Positions 8,922 to 19,732 of a stretch of DNA of 64,000 nucleotides are shown here, piece by piece. How positions within the stretch are numbered: the stretch's first letter is position 1; each line of letters starts with the position of its first letter. The translations under genes were made by a program, and so were the position numbers. The notes beneath the pieces are model-generated. The model was given only the letters and a program-made list of their open reading frames with translations. It had not been told where the DNA came from and made no database searches. Source of the stretch: Desulfobia sp. (GTDB lineage Bacteria > Desulfobacterota > Desulfobulbia > Desulfobulbales > SURF-16); assembly GCA_046497465.1 (NCBI GenBank), contig JAWOFO010000042.1, positions 64,651 through 128,650 on the forward strand, written 5' to 3'.

Positions 8922-10075
8922 GTTTCATCCCCCTCCATGGCAAGACCGGTTATTCCGGTGGTCTCTTCCCCCTTGGCCGATTTTATACTGTCCAGGCCCC
9001 GGTTCAGTACCGACCGGCGTGAGCAGTAGCCCAGGGCTGTTTCTTCAGTGATCACCCCATCCTTGAAGAGCTGGAGGATGTACTGGTCAAAGGTGGTCAT
9101 TCCCAGTCCCTTGCTGTCGGCGATTATGTTATAGAAAGTCTTATCAGTGGTTTCTCCGTTTATCACTACTTCCTTGATACGCAGGTTCATCTGCATGATT
9201 TCAAAGGCAGCCACCCTTTCGCCATTGACTTTGGGCAATAAACGCTGGGAAACCACCCACTTCAGAGTATCGGCAACCCGGTTCCTGATCTGCTGCTGTT
9301 CTTCGTAGTTGAACATGCCTATGCAGCGATTGATGGTGGTTCCGGCATCCATGGTGTGCAGGGTGCTGAGCACCAGGTGACCGGTTTCGGCGGCGGTAAG
9401 TCCTATTTCCATGGTTTCGCGGTCCCTCATCTCTCCGACCAGTATGACCTTGGGAGCCTGCCGAAGCGCGGCCCTGAGACCGCCTGCAAAAGAGTCAAAA
9501 TCGTTGCCCAGTTCCCGTTGATTGAAGGTCGCCTTTTTATGGGAGTGAACAAACTCTATTGGATCTTCTAGGGTTACAATATGGATGGGGCGTTCCTGGT
9601 TGATTTTTTCCAGCAGGGCGGCAAGAGTGGTTGATTTACCGGTACCCGTGGCCCCGGTCACCATAATTATGCCGTTAAGCTCCCCGGCCATGTTATTTAT
9701 AACTTCGGGGAGGTTAAGTTCGTCAATGGTCGGGATCTTGGTGGGTAATTGTCTGAGGACCGTACTCAGATTCTTCTTTTGTGAAAAGATGTTTACCCTG
9801 AAACGGGCTTTGTCTCCCAGCCAGTAGGACAGGTCACAGGAGCCGTGTTGGACAAGATCGTCCAGAAGCCTTTTGTTGCCGTTTATAAGGTTGAGGGCGA
9901 AAACTTCCGCCTGAAAAGGCGTCAGCTTTGGCACTTCAGGTTTGATGGAGACCGGCTTGAGTTGGCCTGCTGTTTCTATCTGAAGAGGCTGACCAGTAGT
10001 TAAAATAAGATCTGATGCATTTTCATGGCTGGCCAGCATTGATTTTATCCAGTAATCGGTTTCCGGTTGTCTCAT
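8918..10075 (-). CDS. pilT: type IV pilus retraction ATPase, PilT/PilU family
   Basis: 385 aa. It has the Walker A motif GATGTGKSTT, Asp box/Walker B motifs (ILVGEMRD), the His box (GHLVLSTLHT) and a PilT-type C-terminal region. Confidence 0.9.
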   Translation of the reverse strand: MRQPETDYWIKSMLASHENASDLILTTGQPLQIETAGQLKPVSIKPEVPKLTPFQAEVFALNLINGNKRLLDDLVQHGSCDLSYWLGDKARFRVNIFSQKKNLSTVLRQLPTKIPTIDELNLPEVINNMAGELNGIIMVTGATGTGKSTTLAALLEKINQERPIHIVTLEDPIEFVHSHKKATFNQRELGNDFDSFAGGLRAALRQAPKVILVGEMRDRETMEIGLTAAETGHLVLSTLHTMDAGTTINRCIGMFNYEEQQQIRNRVADTLKWVVSQRLLPKVNGERVAAFEIMQMNLRIKEVVINGETTDKTFYNIIADSKGLGMTTFDQYILQLFKDGVITEETALGYCSRRSVLNRGLDSIKSAKGEETTGITGLAMEGDET

Positions 10076-10138
10076 TTTATCGACTCAGGGTTCAAAGGTT
10101 AAGGTTCGGGGCGCAGTAGGTTTACAGCTGAAACCTCT

Positions 10139-11188
10139 TTAAAATTTTTCTGCCAGTTCCGAAACCGCCATGGCATAGTGGTTGGAATGATTCCAGGCAG
10201 TAATGGCCTGGAAATTAGGGTAACCGGCCAGGTAGCGCCTATCTCCATTCTTCTGTTCAAGACCTATTATAGTAAGTTTTTTTTGATCAGGCGAGGGCGG
10301 GATAGATATTCCCTGGGCAGTCATGATCTGTTTTCGGCTTACTTTACCCTTTCTGCCTTGACTGTATGCCTTTTTTAACTCTTTGCTTTTTAATTCTGAA
10401 CCTATATCGTGATAAATTGGGGCGTCGTAAACCCAGTGAAAATTGTGGAGATAGTTGGCGATACTGGCCAGAATATCAGGTACAGATTGCCATACATCCC
10501 GTTTGCCGTCGCCGTCAAAATCCCGGGCATATTCCCGGAAACTGGTGGGTATTAATTGAGGCTGACCAAAAGCCCCACCGTAAGATCCTTTGACAGAATG
10601 AGGAACCACGTTGTTTTCCCGGCATAACAAAAGAAAACTGATCAGTTGCTTGCGGTAGAAGATGCGTCTTCTGGGATAACCATCAAACAGGGTGTTCAAG
10701 GTGCGGAAAAGCTGCAGGTTGCCCTCATGGTCTCCATAATGGCTTTCTATACCCCAGATGGCTACTATGATTTCTTTTTCTACTCCGTATTCCTTCTCTA
10801 TTTTGTCCAATAGTTGTTCATGCTCAGCAAGTTTTTCCCGGCCTTTCCTTATTCTGCTTTCGGTGATAAAGATCGGATAATAACGGTAATAAGGCAGGGC
10901 CTCATATTGGGCGTCCATACGCTCCAGGACCCTTTTTTTAACGGTGACCCCGGCAAACAGCCGTTCAAGTTCTTTTTTATTAAAGTTGTAACGCAGCCTT
11001 AATTCCTTGAAAAGTCCCTGATAGCGACGGGAATCTAGGTTGATTTTCTGGCCGTCAGATACCAGATCTGCGGCAAGGGGTTTATCCGCAGCCAGGCAGA
11101 GTGACAAATTGCTATGGATCATAAATGAAGCAAGAAAGACCGCTGCTATGGCGAGAAAGTGATTACAAGAAATATTGGTGCTTCTCAT
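10139..11188 (-). CDS. mltB: lytic murein transglycosylase (MltB family)
   Basis: 349 aa with a signal-peptide-like N-terminus. It has the catalytic block VAIWGIESHYG, followed by GSYGGAFGQPQLIPTSF and DFDGDGKRDVW, typical of MltB/Slt35. Confidence 0.85.
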   Translation of the reverse strand: MRSTNISCNHFLAIAAVFLASFMIHSNLSLCLAADKPLAADLVSDGQKINLDSRRYQGLFKELRLRYNFNKKELERLFAGVTVKKRVLERMDAQYEALPYYRYYPIFITESRIRKGREKLAEHEQLLDKIEKEYGVEKEIIVAIWGIESHYGDHEGNLQLFRTLNTLFDGYPRRRIFYRKQLISFLLLCRENNVVPHSVKGSYGGAFGQPQLIPTSFREYARDFDGDGKRDVWQSVPDILASIANYLHNFHWVYDAPIYHDIGSELKSKELKKAYSQGRKGKVSRKQIMTAQGISIPPSPDQKKLTIIGLEQKNGDRRYLAGYPNFQAITAWNHSNHYAMAVSELAEKF

Positions 11189-11270
11189 TTGATTTTACTC
11201 TTAATCTTGACAGGCTCAAATTGTTTTTTTCGCGTTTTGAATTGTTAAACTTGAGAGGCCAAAGTTTTCT

Positions 11271-11395
11271 CGTCATGCCGGTCCCGGATCGTGTCCGGGA
11301 TGACGGATCCGGCATCCAGATGCCATATGATGCTGAAAACATTCTGGATTCCGGCTCCCGGATCGGGGTCCGGGACAAGCTTCGCCGGAATGACG
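11271..11395. repeat. 125-bp imperfect palindromic REP/MITE-like intergenic element
   Basis: The ends cgtcatgccgg and ccggaatgacg are reverse complements (10/11). Two internal hairpin units are present: cccgga-tcgtg-tccggg (11283-11299) and cccgga-tcgggg-tccggg (11357-11374). An inner inverted repeat atccaga/tctggat is also present. The ...gcttcgccggaatgacg end resembles a GC-rich repeat class that yields spurious ...RGND-type ORFs in many anaerobe genomes. Confidence 0.6.
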
Positions 11396-11471
11396 CTACA
11401 ACAATTTTGGTTCTAATCATATCAATAAGTTACGAGAACTTTGGACTCTGGAGTTGTTAATTGTTCGGTCA

Positions 11472-12476
11472 TCAATTTTTAATCCCTTGCCACATTCGGT
11501 GAAATTGATCAATGAATTCATCCAGGCTGGCGGCAGGCAAATTGTTTATGCCTGCTGCTGCTTCTCTGCCCCCGCCGGTGGGGAATTGTCTGCATAAATC
11601 TGCGGCCCCCCTTTTATCGGCGAGAGGGGCGCGCACGCTGACCAGATATGAACCATCTCCATTATCCACAAGAACAGCATGTCCTTTTTTTGGGTCTTGC
11701 CGTGCCTTTTCATTACCGAAAACTCCGGAAACCCGGCGAGCCCAGGAGGCATTCGGAAAGGAGAATATCCTTCCTGTATCGTTTTCAGATAAAGCGACAG
11801 TAGCTCTTGCCCTGTCCAGGTCCGAGTTGACCCCTTTTTTGAGGTTGGTCAGTACCTCTGATTTGTTATAGAATTCAAAAGGATCTTCATACAAGGAAAC
11901 CTCCCGGTAGAGATCTTCCGGCGGATAATGAAGGTCAGAGATCATTCTGCCATAGCCGTTATAATTTAATAATTCGCCTGTCTCCCGGAGAATGGCAAGC
12001 TGATTTTCCATAAGATTGCTTTTTTTTATCCTCTTAAGTGCGGCTTCATGGAGATTGTCACCAAAGGCGGCCACAATCGCCCACAGATAATAACGCCCTG
12101 TAAGCATTTCATCGATGAGCAATCCGGTGCAGACATTGGCATCAGGGTCGATAATGGTCTTGAGGTTTTTTTTGTCAGGGATGTCGCCGGGATAATGATG
12201 ATCCACGTAAAATATATGATTTCCCTTACTTAGGAGAATCTGAAGATCGTCCCTGTTTTTGTCCATGGATATGTCAAGTACAGTTATCCGGCTGTTGCTC
12301 AAGTCCGGCAGCCTGGCCAGTTTTCTGAGTAAGTTTATATCCCTTTTGACTCCGGAAACCAGTTGAGCCTCTCTGGGTTCGGCCAGCCTTAATTGGTGGA
12401 GGGCGCAGATACCATCCGCATCTCCGTTAAAGACATCATAATCCATGTAACTTAATAGTTTGGAAAGCATTAACAA
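11472..12476 (-). CDS. DHH-family phosphoesterase
   Basis: 334 aa with the motifs NGDADG, VDHHYPG (DHH) and a C-terminal GGGREAAAG (DHHA1-like). The start is more likely the MDYDVF Met at 12446. Confidence 0.75.
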   Translation of the reverse strand: MLMLSKLLSYMDYDVFNGDADGICALHQLRLAEPREAQLVSGVKRDINLLRKLARLPDLSNSRITVLDISMDKNRDDLQILLSKGNHIFYVDHHYPGDIPDKKNLKTIIDPDANVCTGLLIDEMLTGRYYLWAIVAAFGDNLHEAALKRIKKSNLMENQLAILRETGELLNYNGYGRMISDLHYPPEDLYREVSLYEDPFEFYNKSEVLTNLKKGVNSDLDRARATVALSENDTGRIFSFPNASWARRVSGVFGNEKARQDPKKGHAVLVDNGDGSYLVSVRAPLADKRGAADLCRQFPTGGGREAAAGINNLPAASLDEFIDQFHRMWQGIKN

Positions 12477-12513
12477 TTGGGAAACAGGAATTTCAATCCA
12501 CCACCCCTAATCC

Positions 12514-14859
12514 TTAATTCTCCAATTTGCGATCTTTGATTCCCAGGACATTGCCCTCCAGAGAGGTCTCCAGGCCGCCGTCATTGGCCAGGTCGCCGCT
12601 CAATCCTATTCCCAGTGAATCGCCCAAACCTTCCAGGGACAAGACCACTGCGATTCTTTCGTCATCAGGAGTATTCTCCACAGAAAATTTAAGAGCCCAG
12701 CACTGAGGATGATATATGAGGTTTAAAGAAGAACTTACAGTTTCATCGTTATCCAGAGACTGCTTGATATCTCCCTGCAGGATCAGGGTATTGGTCAGTT
12801 TTGTTTCTGCTTCAGCATTTATCTCATGGATTACAGTATCTTTTTCATACCTGTAGTCGATAGAAAACATGTCCCCTCTGTTGCTGATATATCTGGTAAA
12901 CAGGTCGTAGCTGGTAACACCTTCCCCGTAAACGGAATAATCACTTTCAAACTCCAGCTTCCAGCGGGGCAGGGGATATATATTCATACGCAGGGAAATA
13001 TCGGAAAATGGCCTGCGCTTATCATCCGGATCATGGAGATCGCGTCTGGCTTCTCCCAAATCATAGGACTGTGAAAGTTTAACATATCCCAGGTAATTTT
13101 CAAAGGTTTTCCCTTCGGGACCGGTACCTCCTGCCCGGAAGTAATTGTCCAGACTGTAGGACAGCTGATTGATATCTGCCAGAGAGTCTTTATTATCCAG
13201 AACCGGCAGCTGACCGTCTTCATTTATCCACTGATAATGATAAGCCACTTTAGGCCGGAAAGAGTGATTAATAAGGTCCCAGGAGCCTACAGATAAGCCA
13301 AAATTGCGAGTCAGGGTGGTAGCTGTTTCACTTTTTATATCCCAGGCTGTCCGGAACTGTCTTTTCTCATATTCCCAGGCTGAATTACCGTAGGAGTGGA
13401 TACTGTACATTGTTCCCCGCAGTCCCGCTGAAATAATTCCTTCCAGTTCAGGGAGGAGAGGAAGGTTGGAAACAAGCCGGGGATGGAGGTCCAGTCTTTC
13501 TTCCCCGATACCCTTCTGCCGCCGGTAATTTACATAATCGGTGTTCCAGGTCAAATGGGCCGGTATCCTTTCCAAAGCGGTAGAACCGGCAAAGACCAGG
13601 TGGGGCAGGGTGTTGATCTGATCAGCTGCGGTGGCGGGATAATCATTGTCGTCAATACCGATTAGTTGGCCGCCCAAAAAAGCAGAGTCCCATGATTTGC
13701 CCAAATTGAATCTCGAGGAACGGTAAGGCAGGGAAGGGGTTTCAAAACCGCGGCCCGTCTGGTCAAGCATATCTTTATCAAGATCATTGAACCGCGATAT
13801 ACTGTTTTCAAATTCCTGGAGATAGTCCTGGTCTGAGACAATATCAAGGTCAAGTTTGGCAATAAGCTGGTTGCCAAAGTCATGGTCCATTTTTCCCCAG
13901 AGCCAATAGCGGTTTTCTTCCTGGCGGATATAGCCGTCAGATTTGTAGTCATCTGAAAGCCTGTCTTTGGTTCGGTCCTTTAAGTAGGAGAACCCCAGAT
14001 ATCCTTTGGATTCGTAATCAGCAAAATAACGGAATTCAGCCCCGGCGGTAACTCCTCTTCGGGACAGATAACCGGGATACAGAGTCAGGTCACTGCTGGG
14101 GGAGAGATTTATGAAGTACGGGGTTGAGATACCTATACCACTGCGGCTGGAGGAAGACAGTTCAGGCAGGAGAAAACCAGTTTTTCTTTCCTGGAAAAGT
14201 GGGACGGGCAGGTAAGGGATGTAGAATACAGGAAAACCCTTGATGTGCAGCACAGTGTTTCTGAGGTGGCCGAGACCGTTCAGATTAAGGGTTCCTTTCC
14301 TGGTATTCAAATGCCAGGGGGGATTTTTACCCTCTTTTATGGGGCAGGTAGTGTAATAGCCATTGCGGAAATGATAGATGTCTCCTGTCTCTTTGTTTAT
14401 ATGCCTGCTGGTGAAATGAAGCTGATATTTGGGAATGAAAAGGGTGGCTTCCGAGAATACAGCTTCCCTGGTGTCAAGTTCTATGGTGGCCTTTTCAGCA
14501 GAAAGATTTTTTTTTTCTTTTTTTAAAATAACATTGCCGCGGGCTACCGCCTTGCCCTCTGACTTATTATAACTGAGCCAGTCAGCCTGTATAACGGCTT
14601 GTCCAATTTCTTTTTCTCCCTGGGGATGGAGAACAACATTGCCTTCTGCGATTATTCTAGCGGGATCTGTATATCTGGTGATCTTATCAGCGGTAATTTG
14701 CCAGGAAGTGGCGCTTACGTCAGCAGCAGAATCCTGCCAGGAGCTGATACCGCCAGCAAGTGGCTGACCCCGGTGGAATAGCAAAGTAATCAGGATAACG
14801 TACAGGAGGATATGACGGCATGTCAAAACAGGCTGTTCAACTCTTTTCCTCAACACCAC
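12514..14859 (-). CDS. lptD: LPS-assembly outer-membrane protein LptD
   Basis: 781 aa with a hydrophobic leader, an N-terminal OstA-like region ([21 protein letters not shown]) and a long Tyr/Gly-rich beta-barrel region. The GTG start overlaps the ilvD stop by 23 nt. An alternative TTG start lies at 14826. Confidence 0.85.
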   Translation of the reverse strand: MVLRKRVEQPVLTCRHILLYVILITLLFHRGQPLAGGISSWQDSAADVSATSWQITADKITRYTDPARIIAEGNVVLHPQGEKEIGQAVIQADWLSYNKSEGKAVARGNVILKKEKKNLSAEKATIELDTREAVFSEATLFIPKYQLHFTSRHINKETGDIYHFRNGYYTTCPIKEGKNPPWHLNTRKGTLNLNGLGHLRNTVLHIKGFPVFYIPYLPVPLFQERKTGFLLPELSSSSRSGIGISTPYFINLSPSSDLTLYPGYLSRRGVTAGAEFRYFADYESKGYLGFSYLKDRTKDRLSDDYKSDGYIRQEENRYWLWGKMDHDFGNQLIAKLDLDIVSDQDYLQEFENSISRFNDLDKDMLDQTGRGFETPSLPYRSSRFNLGKSWDSAFLGGQLIGIDDNDYPATAADQINTLPHLVFAGSTALERIPAHLTWNTDYVNYRRQKGIGEERLDLHPRLVSNLPLLPELEGIISAGLRGTMYSIHSYGNSAWEYEKRQFRTAWDIKSETATTLTRNFGLSVGSWDLINHSFRPKVAYHYQWINEDGQLPVLDNKDSLADINQLSYSLDNYFRAGGTGPEGKTFENYLGYVKLSQSYDLGEARRDLHDPDDKRRPFSDISLRMNIYPLPRWKLEFESDYSVYGEGVTSYDLFTRYISNRGDMFSIDYRYEKDTVIHEINAEAETKLTNTLILQGDIKQSLDNDETVSSSLNLIYHPQCWALKFSVENTPDDERIAVVLSLEGLGDSLGIGLSGDLANDGGLETSLEGNVLGIKDRKLEN

Positions 14860-16534
14860 TTACCCCACATCTCTCGTCAAGTACAGCCCCGCTGCTGCCG
14901 GAGGTGACCATCCGGGCATATCTGGCGGCATATCCTCTGGTTATTCCGGGCTCCGGGCACTGCCATTTCTCCCGGCGGCTTGCCAATGTGTCTTCGTCTA
15001 CTTGCAGTTCGAGACGTTTTTCTGGTATATCGATGACAATCCTATCACCTTCTTCTACCAGAGCGATAGGTCCGCCTTCAGCAGCTTCCGGGGAAATGTG
15101 GCCTATACATGCTCCCTGGGTGCCCCCGCTGAAACGACCATCTGTAAGCAGGGCAGTGCTTTTGCCCAGGCCCATACCTATTATTGCCGAAGTAGGGGAG
15201 AGCATTTCCGGCATGCCGGGTCCACCTTTGGGACCACAGTAGCGGATTACAACCACATCTCCCGGGTTAATAGTCCCTGAAAGGATGGCTTCCTGGGCCT
15301 GCTGTTCAGAGTTGAAAACCCGGGCTGGTCCTTGGTGTTGCAGCATTTCCGGAGCTACTGCGGACTGTTTGACTACCGATCCGTGCGGGGCCAGGCCTCC
15401 GTATAGTATGGCAATACCGCCATCCTGATGATATGGTCTGGTTACCGGCCGGATAATTTCGGGATCCCGTACTTTTGCCTGTTTTAAATTCTCCCCGAGT
15501 GTTTTAGCGGTAGCGGTCATTACTTGTTGATTAAGTCCTGTTTCGGTATTCAGTAATTCCCTCATCACGGCAGGGACGCCGCCGGCCTCGTTGAGCTGCT
15601 GCAGGCTGTGGGGCCCGCCGGGTATAAGATTGCAGATATGCGGGGTTTTTTGACTGACCTCGTTAAACAAGGACAGTGGCAGATCTACCCCGGCCTCCCG
15701 GGCTATGGCCGGAACATGGAGGACAGTGTTAGTGGAACAGCTCAGGGCCATATCAACCGCCATGGCGTTTTCAAAGGCCTCCTGCACTGCAATATCCCGG
15801 GGGCGGATATCTTCATGGAAGAGATTCATTACAGCCATACCTGCCTGTTTAGCCAGCCGCAGCCGGGCAGCGGCTACGGCCGGAATAGTGCCGTTGCCGG
15901 GCAGGCCCAGACCAATGGCCTCGGTCAGGCAGTTCATGGAATTGGCGGTAAACATCCCTGCACAGGAACCGCAGCCCGGACAGGCCTCATCTTCCAGTTC
16001 TTCCAGTTCTTCCAGGCCCATGTTATCTGATTTTACTTTTCCTATTCCTTCAAAAACGCTGATCAGATGGACATCCTTACCATGGAAACGACCTGTCTGC
16101 ATGGGGCCGCCGCTGACCATGACGGAGGGTATATTAAGTCTGAGCATGGCCATGAGCATGCCCGGGGTTATCTTGTCGCAATTGGGGACCAGCACCAGGG
16201 CATCGAAAGGATGGGCCTGAACCATGATTTCTACGGAGTCAGCGATAATCTCACGGCTGGCCAGAGAGTATTTCATGCCGGTGTGTCCCATGGCAACACC
16301 GTCGCAGACACCGATAGTGGCAAAGGATACAGGAGTCCCACCTGACATGCGCACCCCGGTTTTGACTGCCTCTACTATCTTGTCAAGATGAATATGGCCG
16401 GGGATGATTTCATTATGGGCATGGGCTATACCCACTAAAGGCCTGTTGAGTTCTTCCCTGGTATAGCCTATGGCTTTTAAGAGAGACCGGTGGGGAGCTC
16501 TTGCCAGTCCTTTAGTCATAATATCACTGCGCAT
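14837..16534 (-). CDS. ilvD: dihydroxy-acid dehydratase
   Basis: The N-terminus [21 protein letters not shown] and the blocks [18 protein letters not shown] and [16 protein letters not shown] are classic IlvD. The start was chosen at the ATG at 16534, which has an AAGGAG 6 nt upstream. The ORF track's longer start is 16573. Confidence 0.95.
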   Translation of the reverse strand: MRSDIMTKGLARAPHRSLLKAIGYTREELNRPLVGIAHAHNEIIPGHIHLDKIVEAVKTGVRMSGGTPVSFATIGVCDGVAMGHTGMKYSLASREIIADSVEIMVQAHPFDALVLVPNCDKITPGMLMAMLRLNIPSVMVSGGPMQTGRFHGKDVHLISVFEGIGKVKSDNMGLEELEELEDEACPGCGSCAGMFTANSMNCLTEAIGLGLPGNGTIPAVAAARLRLAKQAGMAVMNLFHEDIRPRDIAVQEAFENAMAVDMALSCSTNTVLHVPAIAREAGVDLPLSLFNEVSQKTPHICNLIPGGPHSLQQLNEAGGVPAVMRELLNTETGLNQQVMTATAKTLGENLKQAKVRDPEIIRPVTRPYHQDGGIAILYGGLAPHGSVVKQSAVAPEMLQHQGPARVFNSEQQAQEAILSGTINPGDVVVIRYCGPKGGPGMPEMLSPTSAIIGMGLGKSTALLTDGRFSGGTQGACIGHISPEAAEGGPIALVEEGDRIVIDIPEKRLELQVDEDTLASRREKWQCPEPGITRGYAARYARMVTSGSSGAVLDERCGVSGVEEKS

Positions 16535-16779
16535 CAGAATCTCCTTTTTTCGAGTGTTAAGTTTACTGAACATTTAACCCCGTTATTGAACCATTGAAGC
16601 ATAACAGGTGTCAAGTTAAAAGTTTACCTTGTCAACTGCGGGAAATTAATTTAAAAGAATAGGAGCAGATAATGATACAAAAAAGGGACAGGTGTAGTTT
16701 AATTCAATTAAAGGTGATGCCGATTCAGATTATGACTTTTTGAATTCATCACAAACCATAAGCCATAAAACGTAAATCT

Positions 16780-18444
16780 ATGACACAAAAGCAAGCAGGA
16801 AGTGACAGTGGCAGCACTGTTGAGCAAAATAACAGGACAGCTGAGAACGGGACAGAAAATAAAGCGGTTCAGAAAACGGGATCTTCCCTGAAAGCCCAAA
16901 ATAAAAAGAAGACTGCGGCCCAGAAAAAGGGAAGTGGGGGAAAGATATCAAACGCGCCTTCTACCAAGCTATTGATAAATGCTGATTCTCTGGAAGAAAT
17001 CCGTATTGCCTTTCTGGAAAATGGCAAAGTAGAGGATTTTCATGTGGAGACCGTGACTTCGGCCCAGGCCAAGTCCAATATATATAAGGGCTGTATTGAG
17101 GCTATTGAGCCTAATCTCCAGGCAGCATTTGTTGATATAGGTACCGGCAAGAACGGTTTTCTCCCTTTCAGTGATATTCATCCGGAGTACTACTGCAGGG
17201 AAGTGCCCAGGGGAACGTACTGGAAGGACCTTAATATTCAGGAAATGGTCAATAAGGGACAGGAGGTTCTTGTCGAAGTGGTTAAAGAGGCTACCGGCAA
17301 TAAAGGGGCCGGGCTCAGTACTTATCTGTCAATGCCCGGACGTTATGTGGTTCTTATGCCCGGCAGTGCCAGTCATGGTATTTCCAGAAAAATAGAAGAT
17401 CCGGAGAGAAGAAACAGGTTGAAGGAAATCATGGATTCTGTAAAGATCCCGAAAGAGATCGGCTATATCGTCCGGACAGCCAGTCATAATGTTACCAAGA
17501 AGGCCATAGTCCAGGATATCCGCTTTCAGCTCAATCTGTGGAAGGAAATCAAGAAATCGGTTCAGTCCATGCCTACCCCTTCTCTGGTTTATAAAGAACA
17601 GAATATTATTGACCGCTATCTTCGGGATCACTTTACTTCTGATATTCAGGAGATACTGGTGGATCACAAGGATACGCTGGAACAGGTGGAAAAATTTCTT
17701 AAACTGCTGCCGGTCGGCCAGCAGAAGACCGTAGTTCGTCTTCATAAGGAGGCCCGGCCCATTTTTAATATCTATCAGGTGGAAGAGCAGATTGAGAAGA
17801 TGTATCAGCCCGAGGTGCCCCTTCCTTCAGGTGGTTCCATTATTATTAATCCCACTGAAGCCCTGGTGGCAATTGATGTGAACTCCGGCAGCACGGCCAA
17901 GGATGCCAATTTTGAGGAAACTATATATCTGGCCAATATGGAGGCGGCCGAAGAACTGGCCCGGCAGCTTCGCCTTCGTGACCTGGGAGGGCTCATTGTT
18001 GTTGACTTTATTGATATGCGGAGTAAACAGCATAAACTGGAGGTGGAAAAAAAGTTGAAAAAGGCCATGAAAAAGGATAAGGCCAAGGTGTCCACCGGCC
18101 GGATTTCTCAGTTCGGCCTGCTGCAGCTTTCTCGCCAGAGACTGGGGCCGCCTATTCAGCGGGGAAGTTATGTGGTTTGCCAACACTGCCAGGGCAGCGG
18201 CATGGTTCGTTCCCTGGAAACCACTGCCCTGGCTCATCTCCGCAAAATCCAGACCAAGGCCATCAAAAAGACGACTTCCCGGATAAAGTGCCGGTTCCCG
18301 CTGGCAGTGGCCCAATATCTTTTAAACCGGAAAAGGGCGGAGATTGTGGCCCTGGAGAACAAGTATAAAGTTGTTATTGAGATTGAAGCGGAACCGGATA
18401 TGACGCCGGCCCAGGCAGAGATCAGCCTCGAGAACGGGGCATAG
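16780..18444 (+). CDS. rng: ribonuclease E/G family endoribonuclease
   Basis: It has an S1-like region (NIYKGCIEAIEPNLQAAFVDIG), a catalytic core (ALVAIDVNSG...GGLIVVDFIDM) and CQHCQGSG. The first ~63 aa are a low-complexity Lys-rich stretch, so a TTG start at the LLINAD position is possible. Confidence 0.85.
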   Translation: MTQKQAGSDSGSTVEQNNRTAENGTENKAVQKTGSSLKAQNKKKTAAQKKGSGGKISNAPSTKLLINADSLEEIRIAFLENGKVEDFHVETVTSAQAKSNIYKGCIEAIEPNLQAAFVDIGTGKNGFLPFSDIHPEYYCREVPRGTYWKDLNIQEMVNKGQEVLVEVVKEATGNKGAGLSTYLSMPGRYVVLMPGSASHGISRKIEDPERRNRLKEIMDSVKIPKEIGYIVRTASHNVTKKAIVQDIRFQLNLWKEIKKSVQSMPTPSLVYKEQNIIDRYLRDHFTSDIQEILVDHKDTLEQVEKFLKLLPVGQQKTVVRLHKEARPIFNIYQVEEQIEKMYQPEVPLPSGGSIIINPTEALVAIDVNSGSTAKDANFEETIYLANMEAAEELARQLRLRDLGGLIVVDFIDMRSKQHKLEVEKKLKKAMKKDKAKVSTGRISQFGLLQLSRQRLGPPIQRGSYVVCQHCQGSGMVRSLETTALAHLRKIQTKAIKKTTSRIKCRFPLAVAQYLLNRKRAEIVALENKYKVVIEIEAEPDMTPAQAEISLENGA

Positions 18445-18455
18445 GCGTTTTATTC

Positions 18456-19553
18456 TTATTTGACCCCGATCTCGCCGAGGGCCCTGTCAATCATGGATTC
18501 TTCAACTTTGTCGCTTATAAAGACTTTGCCTATGCTTTCGGGAAGGATAAAAACGGAACGGCCGGCAACAGCCTTTTTATCAGTTTTAAGGCGGCTTTTT
18601 ACATCCTGACCGGAAAGATTGAAATCCGGGGGCAGTTTGACTGGAAGACCGAAATCAGCCACCAGGCCCCTTATTCTTTTTGCCTCTTCCTCGCTCAGAA
18701 GTGATTTGAGGACAGCTATTCTGTTAACGGAGATCATGCCCAGGGCAACTGCCATGCCGTGGGAGAGAAGATAGTCGGAAGCAGCCTCCATGGCATGTCC
18801 CAGGGTATGTCCGTAGTTCAGGATACGTCTTAAGCCGGATTCCTTTTCATCCACGGCTACTACCTCTGCCTTGATCCGGCAGCAGCGGCCAATAATTTCT
18901 GCCACTACTCCCGTGTCAAGCCCTAAAATCTGGTCCCGGTTTTTTTCCAGGTAGGCAAAGAATGTTGAATCGTAGATTACACTGTATTTAATGATCTCGG
19001 CCAGGCCGTTCAGGATTTCCCGTCGGGGTAAGGTGTAAAGGATGTCAGGATCAATGTAGACAATCCGGGGCTGATTAAAGGTGCCGACCAGGTTTTTACC
19101 TTCCGGGATATCTACTCCTGTCTTGCCTCCTACGGAACTGTCGACCTGGGCCAGCAATGAGGTTGGCACCTGGATATAAGGGATGCCGCGCATGTATATC
19201 GAGGCGGCAAATCCGGCAATATCCCCGGTAACCCCGCCGCCCAGGGCGATAAGGCAGGTTTTCCGGTCAGCCCCAATCCGGGCCAGCCTGCTGGTCAAAT
19301 CTTTGATCGTGTCTAGATTCTTGCTGGCCTCGCCCTTGGGAAAGGTTAGGATATCAGCCGTCAGCCCCGCCTCACGGAGCGATGTTAATACTTTCCCTCC
19401 ATAGTGTGCAGCGACCCGGTCATCAGAGATCAAAAGGAAACGACCGGCAATTCCTTTTTTCCCCAGGTTAGCCCCTATGCCTGATATCAGTCCTTCCTGA
19501 ATAATTATAGGGTAGGCCCTGCTGTCCAACCCAACTTGAATCTGCTGCAGCAA
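18456..19553 (-). CDS. aroB: 3-dehydroquinate synthase
   Basis: 365 aa. The motifs GGGVTGDIAGFAASIYMRGIPYIQVPTSLLAQVDSSVGGKTG and NYGHTLGHA are diagnostic of AroB. Confidence 0.9.
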   Translation of the reverse strand: MLQQIQVGLDSRAYPIIIQEGLISGIGANLGKKGIAGRFLLISDDRVAAHYGGKVLTSLREAGLTADILTFPKGEASKNLDTIKDLTSRLARIGADRKTCLIALGGGVTGDIAGFAASIYMRGIPYIQVPTSLLAQVDSSVGGKTGVDIPEGKNLVGTFNQPRIVYIDPDILYTLPRREILNGLAEIIKYSVIYDSTFFAYLEKNRDQILGLDTGVVAEIIGRCCRIKAEVVAVDEKESGLRRILNYGHTLGHAMEAASDYLLSHGMAVALGMISVNRIAVLKSLLSEEEAKRIRGLVADFGLPVKLPPDFNLSGQDVKSRLKTDKKAVAGRSVFILPESIGKVFISDKVEESMIDRALGEIGVK

Positions 19554-19634
19554 TTAGTTTATCCCTTTTTTATGGCAGAAGATGATTTTATTGGCGGAAA
19601 TTCAGCTTTATCCGGGTGGGCCCCAAATAAAGAA

Positions 19635-19676
19635 GCGCGGTGGACTCTCCAAGGAAAAGTCCACCGCGCTTTTTTT
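19635..19676 (-). terminator. intrinsic terminator hairpin downstream of the sat operon (looks bidirectional)
   Basis: A perfect 12-bp stem gcgcggtggact (19635-19646) / agtccaccgcgc (19658-19669) has an 11-nt loop. On the + strand it is followed by T7 (19670-19676). On the - strand it is followed by cttctttattt. It lies 57 nt past the stop of the 118-aa ORF. Confidence 0.7.
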
Positions 19677-19732
19677 CTGAAGTGTGCTTGACGTTGTCTT
19701 TACTCAGACTTCTAGGTTAAAGCAAAAAAACA

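Noticed and set aside
14507-14524. T10 and T7 homopolymers inside lptD, and an A9 run right after the gmd start (6951-6959).
   Set aside because: Both genes remain in frame and the runs encode Lys-rich stretches. They are noted only because they show long A/T runs are tolerated in this genome. That tempers, but does not remove, the significance of the A7 run in the giant gene leader.
14837-14859. A 23-nt overlap between the ilvD stop and the lptD GTG start.
   Set aside because: This is most likely a start-codon choice issue, since an alternative TTG at 14826 removes the overlap. It is probably not a biological signal.
16780-16968. A Lys/Asn/Gly-rich 63-aa N-terminal extension on the RNase E/G homologue.
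   Set aside because: It may simply reflect an over-extended start. A TTG at the LLINAD position would give a canonical RNase G N-terminus. It is not reported as a separate feature.
19554-19634. Possibility of a small + strand RNA ending at the 19635-19676 hairpin, since the T7 run follows the stem on the + strand.
   Set aside because: No upstream + strand promoter was found. The hairpin is adequately explained as a bidirectional-looking terminator of the minus-strand sat operon.
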